A stretch of DNA of 64,000 nt from Chiloscyllium plagiosum (lineage: Eukaryota). The stretch spans positions 26,633,537 through 26,697,536 of the forward strand of contig NC_057719.1 in assembly GCF_004010195.1 (NCBI RefSeq), written 5' to 3'. Under the pieces are notes generated by a model. The model saw only the letters and a program-made list of their open reading frames with translations, had not been told where the DNA came from and searched no databases. The position numbers and the translations under genes are program-made. Shown piece after piece: positions 23,096 through 35,505 of this stretch; positions within the stretch are counted from its first letter, which is position 1, and the number at the start of each line of letters is the position of its first letter.

Positions 23096-24009
23096 ATTGT
23101 ATACAAGGAGGATGTGTGCGCTATGAGTTTGAGCTGTATAAGATAAGCTACTTAGAAATGTTTTGCATGCCTTTTTGCTATGATGACCTGAAGCCATAAT
23201 GAGGTTGTACCACAATAAAGGTTGCTTGAAGCTACCACCGAACTCGGACTCTCATTGAAAACTCTGGTGTATAACAGAAGGGTTGAGGTGAAAGACAGAC
23301 CTTGGATTGAGCAACTTCTGTTAAAATAATATAAAGTCCTCATTGATATTCAATAATAAAACAAGAAGTACTTGTAGTCAGTAAATTGGGCCCATACAGA
23401 TTTCATATTGGAAAGCAGATGGTATATGAATGAAATATATAAATGAATGAAGTACTGGGATTAACTTGTGGTGACTTGTGGAATTGAACTACCTGGGGCA
23501 TATTTTGCCATTTGGGTACCAATGAAATGTTTTTTTACCTTTGCTGTCACAATGTTTATTTTACCTGCCTGCTTGGGCTGCTTTTTAATTAGACCTTGAC
23601 ACCAGCCTCTTTAAGTTGAAGAGAGCAGTACAGTATTTACAATCATTAATTGAAATTGTCAAAAGAAAGTTAACAGTACTGAATGTTTTGTGTGGCCTAC
23701 TGCCTTTGAATACAAATGAGGATTTTTCTTCATGTAGGGCAGGATCTTTAACTGTCTCCTTCCCCTTTCCTACACTTCTAATCTCATCCCTTCCTCTTCC
23801 TCCCAGATACACAACAGGTTTTCCCTTGTCTTTTCATTTAACCCTTCATCCTGCGAGTTCGATGGATTATCCTCCGTCATTTCAGCCACCTCCATAATGA
23901 TGTCACCACTAAACACATCTTACCCTTTCCTCCTATTTCAATAGTCTGAAAATGACATTTCTTCCACAATGTCTTTCTCCATTCCTCAACACTCCTTTCT
24001 ATTTCCATG

Positions 24010-24485
24010 TAGTAACAAACACTACATTGGACAAACAGGCAGAAAACTAGCCACCAGGATACATGAACACCATCTAGCCACAAAAAGACATGACCCCCTC
24101 TCACTAGTATCCTTACATACAGATGAGGAAGGATACCATTTCGACTGGGCCAATACATCCATTCTAGGACAAGCCAAACAAAGACATGCACGAGAATTCC
24201 TAGAAGCATGGCATTCCAACGGGAACTCCATCAACAAACACATTGAATTAGATCCCATTTACCATCCCTGAGAAAAAGAACAGGAAATGACTTCACCACA
24301 GGAAATGACATCACCAAACCAAAGAAACCCAAACATATAAATAGAAAGCAGGAATTATCAGCAGTGCTTCACTTGAAGATGTTACCTAGTAGGGCGACGA
24401 AACATCTGGAAATTAACCTTCCAGCTCAGCAAGCAAACCTACATCCAGAACCTCAACCTGAGCTACAAATCTTCTCAAAACTTTC
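24010..24485 (+). mobile_element. Penelope-like element, GIY-YIG endonuclease C-terminus and 3' end
   Basis: HYIGQTGRKLATRIHEH...REFLEAWHS...SINKHIELDPIY. Confidence 0.85.
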
Positions 24486-24679
24486 TTTTTCCACATATGG
24501 GCAGGAGATGCCACTTTAGATATTCCCTTTCTACCATCTAAAACACTAAATAGACCTTTCAAGTGAAAAAGCAATATACTTCTACCTCATTAAACTGAAG
24601 ATTCACTCTCATGATGCAGCCTATAACTGGGTAGATTAAAGAAAGATTTAATGACTGCTTTGAGGATGATCTTTGTTCA

Positions 24680-25600
24680 TTCCTTACAGCATCTATCCAG
24701 ATGCATCATGGCTTGGTATGGCAACCGTGCTCCTCAGGACTGCAAGAAACTAAAGAGAGTTGTAAATACAGTGCAATCCATCACATATAACAATCTTCCA
24801 ACAGTTGATTCCATCTGTACGTCTGCATGCCTCAGGAAGGCAGCCAATGTAATCAAAGACCTCTCCCATCCCAGTTATAACCTCTTCCAACCTCTTCCAT
24901 TGGGCAGAAGATACAAAAGCTTAAACATACGCACCACAGTTTCATGAAAAGCTTCTTCCATGCTGTTATTAGACTTCTGAATGGACAGCACAAATTTTAA
25001 ATTTAATATTGATCTCATTCTTTGTGCACCTTCTCTGCATACAGTCACAGAGATGGACAGCATGCAGACCAGATATTCTAAATAAATCTAGTCCCATTTG
25101 CCAGCATTTGGCCCAATTCCCTCTAAATCTTTCCTATTCATATACCCATGCAGAGCCTTTTAAATGCTGCAATTGTAACAGCCTCAACTGCTACCTCAGG
25201 CAGCTCATTCACTTTAAACTGATCCCTTCGAGTTTTGGACTTTCCCCACCCCCAGGAAAAGACCCTGTCTATTCACCCTATCCAAATCCCTCATGATTTT
25301 ATAAACCTCAATAAGGTTACCCTCAGCCTTTAATGCTCTGAGGAAAATAGCTCCAGCCTATTCAGCTTTCCCTGTAGCTTGAATCCTCCATCCTTGGCAA
25401 CATCCTTGTAAATCTTTTCTGAACCCTTTCAAATTTCACAACATCCTTCCTATAGCAGGGAGACCAACAGCTGAAACCTTGTATTCCTCGCTCTGTCCTA
25501 TTACCTTAATGCACTTTGCATGTTATGATCTGCCTGTACTGCACGCAAAACAAAACTTTTCACTGTACCTAGGAATGTGTGACAATAATAAATAATAACA
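24680..25600 (+). mobile_element. Rex1/Babar-like LINE 3' fragment interrupted by a minus-strand CR1 piece (~25040-25465)
   Basis: CIMAWYGN..PQDCKKLKRVVNTVQSIT...SHPSYNLFQPLPLGRRYKSL, ending gtgacaataataaataa. Confidence 0.7.
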
Positions 25601-27789
25601 CATCTGTTCGCAAGCATGACCTTGAGATTTTGGCCACCTGCCATTTTGATTTGCCTTCCCTCTGCCGGTCTGACTACTCCATCCTTACACTCCTATCTTG
25701 TGCTAATAAAACTAAACACCACCTATTTCAACTTGGCAGCTTATAGCCCTTTGAATTCAACAATGAATTTGACAACTTTAGATCATAATCACAGCCTTCA
25801 ATATTTCAGACAGTAGCAAATGTTTGTGTGATTCTTATTTAAATGGCTTCTAAACCCATCTTTTATTTCTTTACCTGTTTCTATTTCATTTTGCAATACC
25901 ATCCGTTCTGTTGTTTAATTTTTCCTGACTTCACTTTTCCTGTCATCCACCTGCCAAGCAAAGTGTCTCAAACTTTCCTTGACTCTACGTTTGTTTAATA
26001 TCCATTGAATGTCTTAACTTTTCCAATTCTGATGAGAGGTCATTGACCTGAAATGTCAGCTCTGTTTCACTCTCCACAGACGCAATCCAACTTGCAGAGT
26101 ACTTCCAAAGTTTTCTAGCTTCATTTGAGATTCCCATCAACTGCAGCATTTTGCTTTTGTGACATTAGAGGCTAGCTGGCTAATCTTCATAGGAATAATT
26201 TCAATACCAGTTTTCAACAGATTATGAGAGAAACTGAAGGGGCCAAATATAAATTAAAGTGGTTCCTTCTGGGTAATTAAAATTTGTCTTGGTGACCTTT
26301 GAAGGACTAATGGAAATGTTTCAAAGACACTTGAACCATGTGATTAATGGATTATGTTATTAATGATTAATGGATTATGTCATTATCTTGTCACCCAACT
26401 AGTTACAACAGCTTTCAGGTATAAATGAAGCCGCAGAAAAGTTTAAAGTACTAGGATTAACTTATAACCTCCAAAAATCCAGTCGTGACATGTAGTACCT
26501 GGGGCATGTTTCGACATTTGGGGTACACAAATTGATGAAATCAAATCAAAATAATATTACAGTTTCCTTTAATTAAAGAAATGTTTGGCATTTCTAACAG
26601 CAGTTGTTATATTTTCACTTTAAATAGTGAAAGAGCCAGTGAGTAGTATGGAAAAGAATTCAAAAGATTTGCAAGGAAAATATGAACTTGCATTTATTAC
26701 ATTTTTCATAATTTCAGGAATTAAAGCTAAAGAAGCATCTTATTCTTCAAATTAACAATAACTTGCACACAACAGTATTCCACAACCAGATAAATAATTG
26801 GAAAACCAGTTTTAGGTTGGTCTTATAGGATAGATAACAACTGGGACTCCAGTACTCCTCTGCTCTTATCCAATAATTTCATGGGATTTTCCACGTCAAG
26901 TTGAGTGACCTTGCTTTAACAATTTGTTAAAGGTAGTGATGTTCTGATTCTTTTTCCATAAGTTTCCAATTAGATAAACAATGCAGCCAAAATTCATTAT
27001 ATCTGCTGGAACAATAGAAATTTTAGGCACAGGTAGAGACCACTTGGTTCCTCAAGATAGTTTGAACTTTCAGTTAGGTCACAACAAATCTATATATGGG
27101 ATCTATTTATCTGTCTTTGCTGTACATCCCTTGACATATCTATTCAACAAAATTCTATCAATCTCTGCCTTAAACCATTCAATTGACCCAGCATCCATAT
27201 TCTTTTTGGAAAGTTTCAGATTTCCATTACTTTTTGTGAAAAAGTACCTTCTAACTCCTTTCTGTTCTCAACCATGTTCCCCCACATCCCCACCTCCACT
27301 CAACCTCCCCCACAAAGATAGCTTGCTCTAATTTTAAGATTGTGTCTCCTTCTTATAGATTCCCTTGCAAGAGGAAAGTATTTCTCTCTATCTTCCTTAG
27401 TTATTCTCTTTATTTTTTTATGCATCTCCAAACGATCATCTCTCAATTGCCTAACTTCAAGCTGTGACCTACGTTAGGCAAACTATCCTTACAATTTAAG
27501 CCTGGGTAATTTTATAATGAATGAGCCCACTCCAAGTTTGGAATTTAAATGTGACCAGACTGTATATAGCTGAAGCATCACTTTCTTAAAAAATGAATGC
27601 CAACCTCCCTTAAATTAAGGACCAACATTCAGATATTTTCTAATAAACCTGTTCAAACATGTTAATACCCACCTCTGGAAGGACCTGGCTCAGAGATGCA
27701 GACAGACAGCAGCTTATTACCCACTACCAACATTCCATTACTCTCTTCATTATTTTTTGCACCTGTATTCTAGTTTTTGGTGCTTTTAG

Positions 27790-30400
27790 AACATGCAAAA
27801 GAGAAATAAGAAAGGGATGATCACCTTATTGGGATTGTATTATAAACCCCCTAATAGTCAGCAGGAAATAGAAAAACAAATTTGTAAGGAGATTTCAGTT
27901 ATCTGTAAGAATAATTGGGTGGTTATGGTAGGGGATTTTAACTTTCCAAACAAAGACTGGCATTGTCATAGTGTCAAGGGTTTAGATGGAGAGGAATTTG
28001 TTAAGAGTGTACAAGAAAATTTTCTGATTCAGTATATGGATGTATCTACTAGAGAAGGTGCAAAACCTGACTTTTGGGAAATAAGGCAGGGCAGGTGACT
28101 GAGGTGTCAGTGGGGGAGCACTGGGGCCAGCAACCATGATTCTATTAGATTTGAAATAGTGATGGAAAAGGATATACCAGATCTAAAAGCTGAAGTTCAA
28201 AATTGGAGGAAGGCTATTTTTGATGGTATTAGACAAGAACTTTCAAAAGCTGATTGGGGGCAGATGTTCACAGGTAAAGGGAACGGCTGGAAAATAGGAA
28301 GCCTTCAGAAATGAGATAATGAGAGTGCAGAGACAGTATATTCCTGTTCGGATGAAAGGAAAGGCTAGTAGCTATAGGGAATGCTGGATGACTAAAGAAA
28401 TTGAGGTTTTGGCTAAGAAAAAGAAGGAAGCATATGTTGGGTATAGACAGGATAGATCGAGTAAATACTTAGAAGAGTATAAAGGCAGTAGGAGTATACT
28501 TAAGAGTGAAATCAGGAGGGCAAAAAGGGGAGATGAGAAAGCTTTGGCAAATAGAGTTAAGGAGAATCCACAAGGTTTTTACAATAACATTAAAGACAAA
28601 AGGGTATCTAGGGAGAGAATAGGGCCCCTCAAAGATCAGCAAGGCAGCCTTTGTGTGGAACTGCAGGAGATAGGGGAGATACTAAATGAGTATTTTGCAT
28701 CAGTGTTTACTGTGGAGAAGGATATGGAAGATGTAGAATGTGAGGAAATAGATGGTGACATCTTGAAAAATGTCCATATTAAAGAAGAGGAGGGGCACAT
28801 AAAAGTAGACAAATCCCCAAGACCTGATCAGGCATAGGAGAAAGTGAGCATTGCAGATGCAGGAGATCAGAGGCAAAAGGTGTGGTGCTGAAAAAGCACA
28901 GCAGGTCAGGCAACATCCGAAGAGCAGATGAATTGACGTTTTGGGCATAAGCCATTCATTCCTGATGAAGGGCTTATGCCCGAAACGTCAATTCTCCAGC
29001 TCCTCGGATGTTCCCTGATTTGCTGTGCTTTTGCAGCACCATACTCTCGACGCTTATCAGGTGTACCCTAGAACTCTGTGGAAAGCTAGGGAAGTGATTG
29101 CTGTGCCCTTTGCTGAGATATTTGTATTATTGATAGTCACAGGTGAGATGCCAGAAGACTGGAGGTTGGCTAACGTGGTGCCACTGTTTAAGAAAGGTGG
29201 TAAGGAAAACCCAGTCTGACATCTATATGAGCTTCAGTAAGGAGTTCAACAAAGTTCCCGATAGAAGACTGGTTAACAAGGTTAGATCTCATGGAACACA
29301 GGGAGAACTTGCCATTTGGATACAGAACTGGCTCAAAGGTAGAAGGGTGATGGTGGACGGTTGTTTTTCAGACTGGAGGCCTGTGACCAGCAGAGTGCCA
29401 CAAGGATCGATGCTGGGTCCACTACTTTTAGTTATTTATATAAATGATTTAGATGTGAACATAGGAGGTATGGTTAGTAAGTTTGCAGATGACACCAAAA
29501 TTGGAGGTGTAGTGTACAGTGATGAAGGTTACCTCAGAGTACAATGGGATCTTGATCAAATGGGGCAATGGGCTGAGAAGTGGCAGATGGAGTTTAATTT
29601 AGATAAATGTGAGGTGCTGCATTTTGGAAAAGCAAATTAGAGCAGAATTTATATACTTAATGGTAAGGTCCTGGGGAGTGTTGCTGAACAAACAGACCTT
29701 GGAGTGCAGGTTCATAGTTCCTTGAAAGTAGAGTCGCAGGTAGATAGGATAGTGAAGAAGGCATTTGATATGCTTTCCTTTATTGGTCAGAGCATTGAGT
29801 ATAGGAGTTGGGAGGTCATGTTGCAGCTGTACAGGACATTGGTTAGGCCACTTTTGGAATACTGCATACAATTTTGGTCTCCCTGCTATAGGAAGGATAT
29901 TGTGGAGCTTGAAAGGATTCAGAAAAGATTTGCAAGGATATTGCCAAGGTTGGGCAATTTGAGCTTTAGAGAGAGGCTGAATTGGCTGGGACTGTTTTCC
30001 CTGAGCACCGCAGGGTGTACAGTGACTTTAAAAAGGCTTATAAAACCATGAGGAGCATGGATAGGATAAATAGGCAAAGTCTTTTCCCTGGGGTAGGGGA
30101 GTCCAGAACTAGAGGGCAGAGGTTTAATGTGTGAGGGGAAAGATATAAAAGGGACATAAGAGGTAGGTTTTTCATGCTGAGGGTAGTGTATGTATGGAAT
30201 GAACTGCCAAAGGAAGTGGGAGAAGCTGGCACAATTACAATGTTTAGAAGGCATCTGGATGGGTATATGAATAGGAAGGGTTTAGAGGGATATGGGCCAA
30301 ATGGTGGCAAATGGGACTAGAATTATTTAGGATATCTGGTTAGCATGGATGTGCAGGACTGAAGGGTCTGTTTCCATGCTGTACAGCTCTGTGACTCTAT
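27790..30400 (+). mobile_element. CR1 LINE ORF2 (endonuclease end to 3' tail), degenerate with an internal deletion
   Basis: YKPPNS, VMVGDFNFP, VPQGSMLGPLL, KFADDTKIG and LVRPLLEYC motifs. Confidence 0.92.
28836..29052. mobile_element. Palindromic PLE-derived element inserted in CR1
   Basis: Inverted arms centred on gacgttttgggcataagcc / ctgatgaagggcttatgcccgaaacgtc. It interrupts the CR1 PDQVYPR motif, with atcagg on both sides. Confidence 0.75.
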
Positions 30401-30954
30401 CTTCTGCCCGACAAAAGAGTTTGGAAAAAATTATAACCGCGGTGCACTTCATTCTGTCATTCCACTCTGAAAATAAATATAAATGTAGTTATTTAACAAG
30501 TCTGCTATTTTCCTATTAATCCATTGCAGCTTGGATTATATCTGTCACTTTAAAGAGTTCATGTTCCCCCTTTTACATGTGTCTCTTACTATATTTATCA
30601 AAACCTTTGATGTTTTGCTTTGATATTCTTTGCGAGATATTTTCACATTTCTTTTTATTCATAAATTTACATCTTTAACTTTCCTTGTACATCTTTAATA
30701 TTCCTTTTTTGGAGCTCTTCCATGTTGCTGTGTTTCCATTCATCCTTAGGACTTTTCTTCTAGTTAATTCAATCTGTTAACTGTTTGGCTGAATATATTA
30801 CTGTATGAAGGATCTGAAACCTATTCAGAAATTACAATTGAAGTCAATGGGAAAGCATCCCTTTAACAGACCAGTGTGCTTTCACTACTTGTTATTATAG
30901 ATCGCTAGAAAGCTAGTAGACCATAGCATAGATCAGCCTAGCATTTCAGTGCTG

Positions 30955-31275
30955 CTCCAGCTGGTTTCCTTCAGGTTCAGGGAGTAAGTGATTGAACACA
31001 GATCAGAGTGCCCTGTCATAGCAGTCTTAATCGACAGAAATGGATTCCTTCAGGTCCATGTCATTTATGACCATAGCAGTTCTGATAATAAAGGTGCACT
31101 CCTTATCCAGGGAGCTGCTTTAAATGCCATATCCTGGACCCAACACAAGTATCAGAGTCTTACAAAAGCCCCCAGCTCATGAGGTTCTGATGTCTGGTCT
31201 GGTCAGCACTATCTGATACCACTCCATACAGATTGGCCAGCATCAGAGTGGTCTACTGCACCCTTCACAATCTCA
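30955..31275 (+). mobile_element. Degenerate PIF/Harbinger (HARBI1-like) transposase remnant
   Basis: In order: AGFLQVQGVSD*TQI (~AGFPxVxGAIDCTH), RNGFLQVHVIYDH (~RKGxHSxNVQxVCD), YPGSC and VVYCTLHN (~CCALHN). Confidence 0.65.
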
Positions 31276-31334
31276 ACCAGCAAAGGGAGGGGAAGTGTTG
31301 GCTGAGGATAGACAGGAAACCTTCAAGGAAGAAG

Positions 31335-31662
31335 GTTAAAAAATCACACAACACCAAATTATAGTCCAACTGGTGTATTTGGAAGCACTAGCTTTCAGAG
31401 CGCTGCTCCTTCATCAGGTGAATATGATCGAGTTGTCTGACATCCTCATGTTGCTCCTTATGTATCTGATACCCTCACTATCCTTACAGTGGTGTAGAAT
31501 GCAGTGTGTCTTCTGTATGCCTTTGCAATGCCTGACCACCTTCACTGACAACCACCTGATGAAGGAGCAGCACTCCAAAAGCTAGTGCTTCCAAATAAAC
31601 CCGGTGTTGTATGACTTTTTACTTTGTACAGCCCAGTCCAACACCGGCATCTCCAAATCATG
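31335..31662. mobile_element. PLE-derived inverted-repeat insertion carrying captured local DNA
   Basis: 16-bp direct repeat accttcaaggaagaag at 31319-31334 and 31663-31678. Inverted arms at ~31335-31420 and ~31552-31662. Confidence 0.8.
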
Positions 31663-32675
31663 ACCTTCAAGGAAGAAGATGAGGATCCTGAGATGGTTCA
31701 GGATAATTATCAAAGAACAAAGACCAAGAAATGATCCAAAAAGCCAGAGAGGCCCGAGACTGTGGTTATCGTCACTAGCTGCCATGATGACTAAGCTCCC
31801 AGAGAAACTTACTGTCCATGTGATGTTTTCATTTACACAGTTGTCCATCAACCTTCTCTTGCAGTTTGCAGCATCCTTAATAATGGATAATAATGAGCTC
31901 TTCCGTGACCTTGTACTCCTCTGTTTGCTCTAATGTGATTCTGGTATCAAAAATATATTAAATTTGAAAGTCCACTCTCCAGTGAATATGATCGAGTTGT
32001 CTGACATCCTCATGCTGCTCCTTATGCATCTTACACCCTCACTATCCTTACAGTGGTGTAGAATGCAATGTGTTTTCCGTATACCCTTGGAATGCCTGAC
32101 CATCTTCACTGACAAACTTCCATTAGTTTTGGGCTATGAAGTTTTGATCTATTCCTTCTGTTTGACTCAATAATTACAATAAGTGGATATGCAATTTAAC
32201 TATTGGCCACCTCAAATCCTTGCAAATTTTTTTAGCAAGGCTTTGAAAACCCTCAGCATGGGATAAATATTTCCCTTTTCCCCTTCCCAATCCCTGCAGA
32301 ACCCTGTAGGTACATGACAGAATCTGCCTGCACTCCTGTAAGGTGCAGGGTCTACTACTTGGAAATGGTAGGCGCTGGTTCATCTCCTAAACTTATCATT
32401 ATCTTTCTTGTTCCTGAGATTAATCTCGAGCATCTTGACTGCTAATAGGTGTGCAACCTCCTGATAAATGAGGTGATCTCTGGTCACCTCTCTTTGCTGA
32501 TTATTGGGAAGTTAGCAGGGTGTGGTAATTGAAATAAAGCACATTCTTTCAATGGTGGGAGATGCTCCACAATTTTCACTTCTGAACATCACCTTCCATC
32601 TATTGCTTCAACAAGACTAGTTTGAAGTGTGGAAGTGGATGTTTATTGACAAAATACAGATCTGTTACAGGATTT

Positions 32676-33045
32676 ATGAACACTTTAGGGAACACCTCCG
32701 GGACACCCACACTAATCAACCGCACCGCCCTGTGGCCCAACATTTCAACTCAGCCTCCCAATCTGCCGAGGACATGGAGGTCCTGGGCCTCCTACACCGC
32801 CGCTCCCTCACCACCAGACGCCTGGAGGAAGAATGCCTCATCTTCCGCCTCGGAACACTTCAACCCCAGGGCATCAATGTGGACTTCAACAGTTCCCTCA
32901 TTTCCCCTTCCCTCACCTCACCCCAGTTCCAACCTTCCAGCTCAGCACTGTCCTGCTCCTCGGATGCTGCCTGAACTGCTGTGCTCTTCCAGCACCACTA
33001 ATTCAGAATCTGGTTTCCAGCATCTGCAGTCATTGTTTTTACCTT
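32676..33045 (+). mobile_element. Penelope-like GIY-YIG C-terminal fragment
   Basis: EHFREHLRD...PVAQHFNS...RRLEEECLIFRLGTLQPQGINVDF. Confidence 0.85.
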
Positions 33046-34529
33046 TATGAGCAGCCAACCTAGGTACTTATGAACATGATCCCATACAAGGGTATAAGTT
33101 TAAAGACCTGATGTACTGACATTCCCTGCACTTATCCAGTTGCTTTATGCTATCCTGCATTGTGGCTAACTTGTCTAGAAATAAACTTGTGAATGGACTC
33201 AGGACTTTGCAATCTAGAGAGTGCCTGTACAATTATTGAATGCCTGGAGATTTCCTGTACATGGATTGAATTCCTGTGTCTCTGATGTGTGCTTCGAAGG
33301 ATTTTGTTCTTCTCCCCTTCCACTATGTCTAACATCCACAGCTGGGGTTGAGGGTCCCTTCTGACTGATATGCCCCTGGTCACTTTGATGACTTGGCTGG
33401 TGTCCTCTGGGGCCCCTGGAAAAAGAGAGGTCTGGTCTGCGGCGAGTGAAGGAGTACAATCCCCGGCCTCAGTTGCTGGACACTAGTAGAGAAAAGGTGG
33501 TGAGGTAAGGCACTTCTGGGGTGTCCTGACAAGGTGTTCCTCCCTACGTGTGTATGCTGGTTCTATCTCTTTCTCCTGGGAAAAATGGGACCATGAGAGT
33601 GAGGGTGATCTGCCTTGTTTCCGCCCTCACCTTGCTGTTGATGCTAAGCACCGATAGCCAGAGAGCAGGTTCAAGCACGTCCGGTAGCCCCTGAATGCTT
33701 CTGTTGGGCCTGGATCTCCAGGGAGTGTGCCCAGCATTTGTATACCATAGGCACCATGATGGTCAGAACATGGACTGACTCTAGATGTCTGGAATTTCTT
33801 CCTCCAGTGACTGCAGACACATGTCAATGATGTTCTCATATCCCCGGGTTGAATTCAGCTAGAGTACCCACTGAGGTGAACGGTTGTGTGCTACTGGAGT
33901 GTGCAAGTGCCAGCTCTGATGGTTCACAGGTTTTCCCCTCAAGGTGCTGGCACAAAGGGGCTCAGGGTATGGCCACGTTCGCCAGGCAGACTTTTAGTGC
34001 CTGTATAAGAGAATAGAAAGAGCAAATTGGTGACAATCCAGAATTGGTTTGTGAAGAGCTGAGCTCAATGTTGCTGATTGGGTCCCTGGGCCATTCCTGG
34101 AAGTGGTGAAGTCTGACAGCTACAGACATAGGGCTGGAGAGTAGGGCAAGGTGGGTAACTGTTTTGGGAGCTGGTACTGACATAATGGGTCCAATGGCCT
34201 CCTCCTGCACTGTAAAATTCTATGATTCTATGATTCCATCATCATAGGAACAATTCCTCAGTCTGTTGTATAGGCGTCTCCTCAAAGGGAGTTGAGGATA
34301 TTTATATTCAGCACCTCTCCGCCAGTGTTGGTCCTCTCCTTTCTGTCCTGGTCCAACTTTTCTTGTGTTGAGAAAAAGGGAAGGATTGAATGTGATGGCG
34401 CTTTTTGAGTACGCACAACCATACGAGGTGGTGAGCTATTCCCAGTAAATGAGCAGCGAGTGCAGTGCCTGGGAAGGGTTTGTATTTGAAAGCATGAGGT
34501 GGATGCGAGTCCCTGAGTGCACATGATTC

Positions 34530-34830
34530 TTCTTATGTCGGTAGCTTGGGGGTCACAATTTCAAGATCGTCAGCAAGAGACCTTGGAGTGAGATGAGGAG
34601 AAGCATCTTTACTCAGAAAGTTATTAGGATTTGGAATGCGCTGCCTGGGAGAATGGTGAAGGCGGATTCTACAGGACGTTTGTATATATATATATATATA
34701 TATGGATGTGGTGAAGACCTACAGCTACAGACATAGGGCTGGAGAGTGGAGCAAGCTGTTTTGGGAGCTGGTATTGACACGATGGGTCAAATGGCCTCTG
34801 TCTGCACTGTAAAATTCTATGATTCTTTGA
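34530..34830 (+). mobile_element. CR1 3' fragment, with a related tail at ~34110-34235
   Basis: FTQKVIRIWNALP-like motif and tail ctgtaaaattctatgattct shared with 34210-34235. Confidence 0.65.
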
Positions 34831-34957
34831 TTCCATTATGAGGTGTTGAGAATTGCAGACTGTGATTGTTTGTGAGATGCCAGTGCAGGGGCAGAGTTAT
34901 TCTGAGGGATAACTCAGAATTAGTATGAGCTAGCAGAGTGAAGATGTTACCACTTAC

Positions 34958-35190
34958 CCTTGCTGTGATAATTTTTTTGTTTCTCCATTCCTGGTGCCTG
35001 GTGAGTTTGTGAGGGACATCGACACTGACCATGTTACCATCTCAGTCCAGGCTAGATGGGTTTAATGGGATGGCCTGCTGGGTGCCATCACCCATGAAGA
35101 AGACCTCCCTCTGTTCCTAATTCCAGCCAGAAATATGTGAAATAATGCCTCTCTAAAATGTAGGGTGAGCTTTTGCTTTTCGAGTGGCAT
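34958..35190 (-). mobile_element. Degenerate Harbinger-type Myb/SANT-like exon
   Basis: ATG at 35190. Frameshifted motifs LHFREALFHIFLAGI / EQREVFFMGDG / LAWTEMV, followed by a GTAAGT donor. Convergent with the transposase remnant at 30955. Confidence 0.45.
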
Positions 35191-35334
35191 GTTCCACAGC
35201 ATTAGGGTCAGCCATCACAGCTGAGTAGAAACTCCTGGCTTGCTGTAGTGTTTGACTGGCCTTTAAATAGCTGGCTAGAAAGTATGCCCTCAGAAAGTCC
35301 TTTCTGAGGTGAGCACTTCCAGTTCACTCACTTC

Positions 35335-35505
35335 ATAAGACCATAAGACCATAAGACCATAAGACATAGGAGCGGAAGTAAGGCCATTCGGCCCATCGAG
35401 TCCACTCCGCCATTCAATCATGGCTGATGGGCATTTCAACTCCACTTACCCGCATTCTCCCCGTAGCCCTTAATTCCTTGTGACATCAAGAATTTATCAA
35501 CTCAG
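35335..35505 (-). mobile_element. Young CR1 3' tail fragment
   Basis: (cataagac)n tail and a CpG-retaining 3' UTR. Confidence 0.7.

Noticed and set aside
34682..34703. (TA)n microsatellite, plus poly-G at ~10687 and (TG)n at ~59940-60010
   Set aside because: Ordinary simple repeats.
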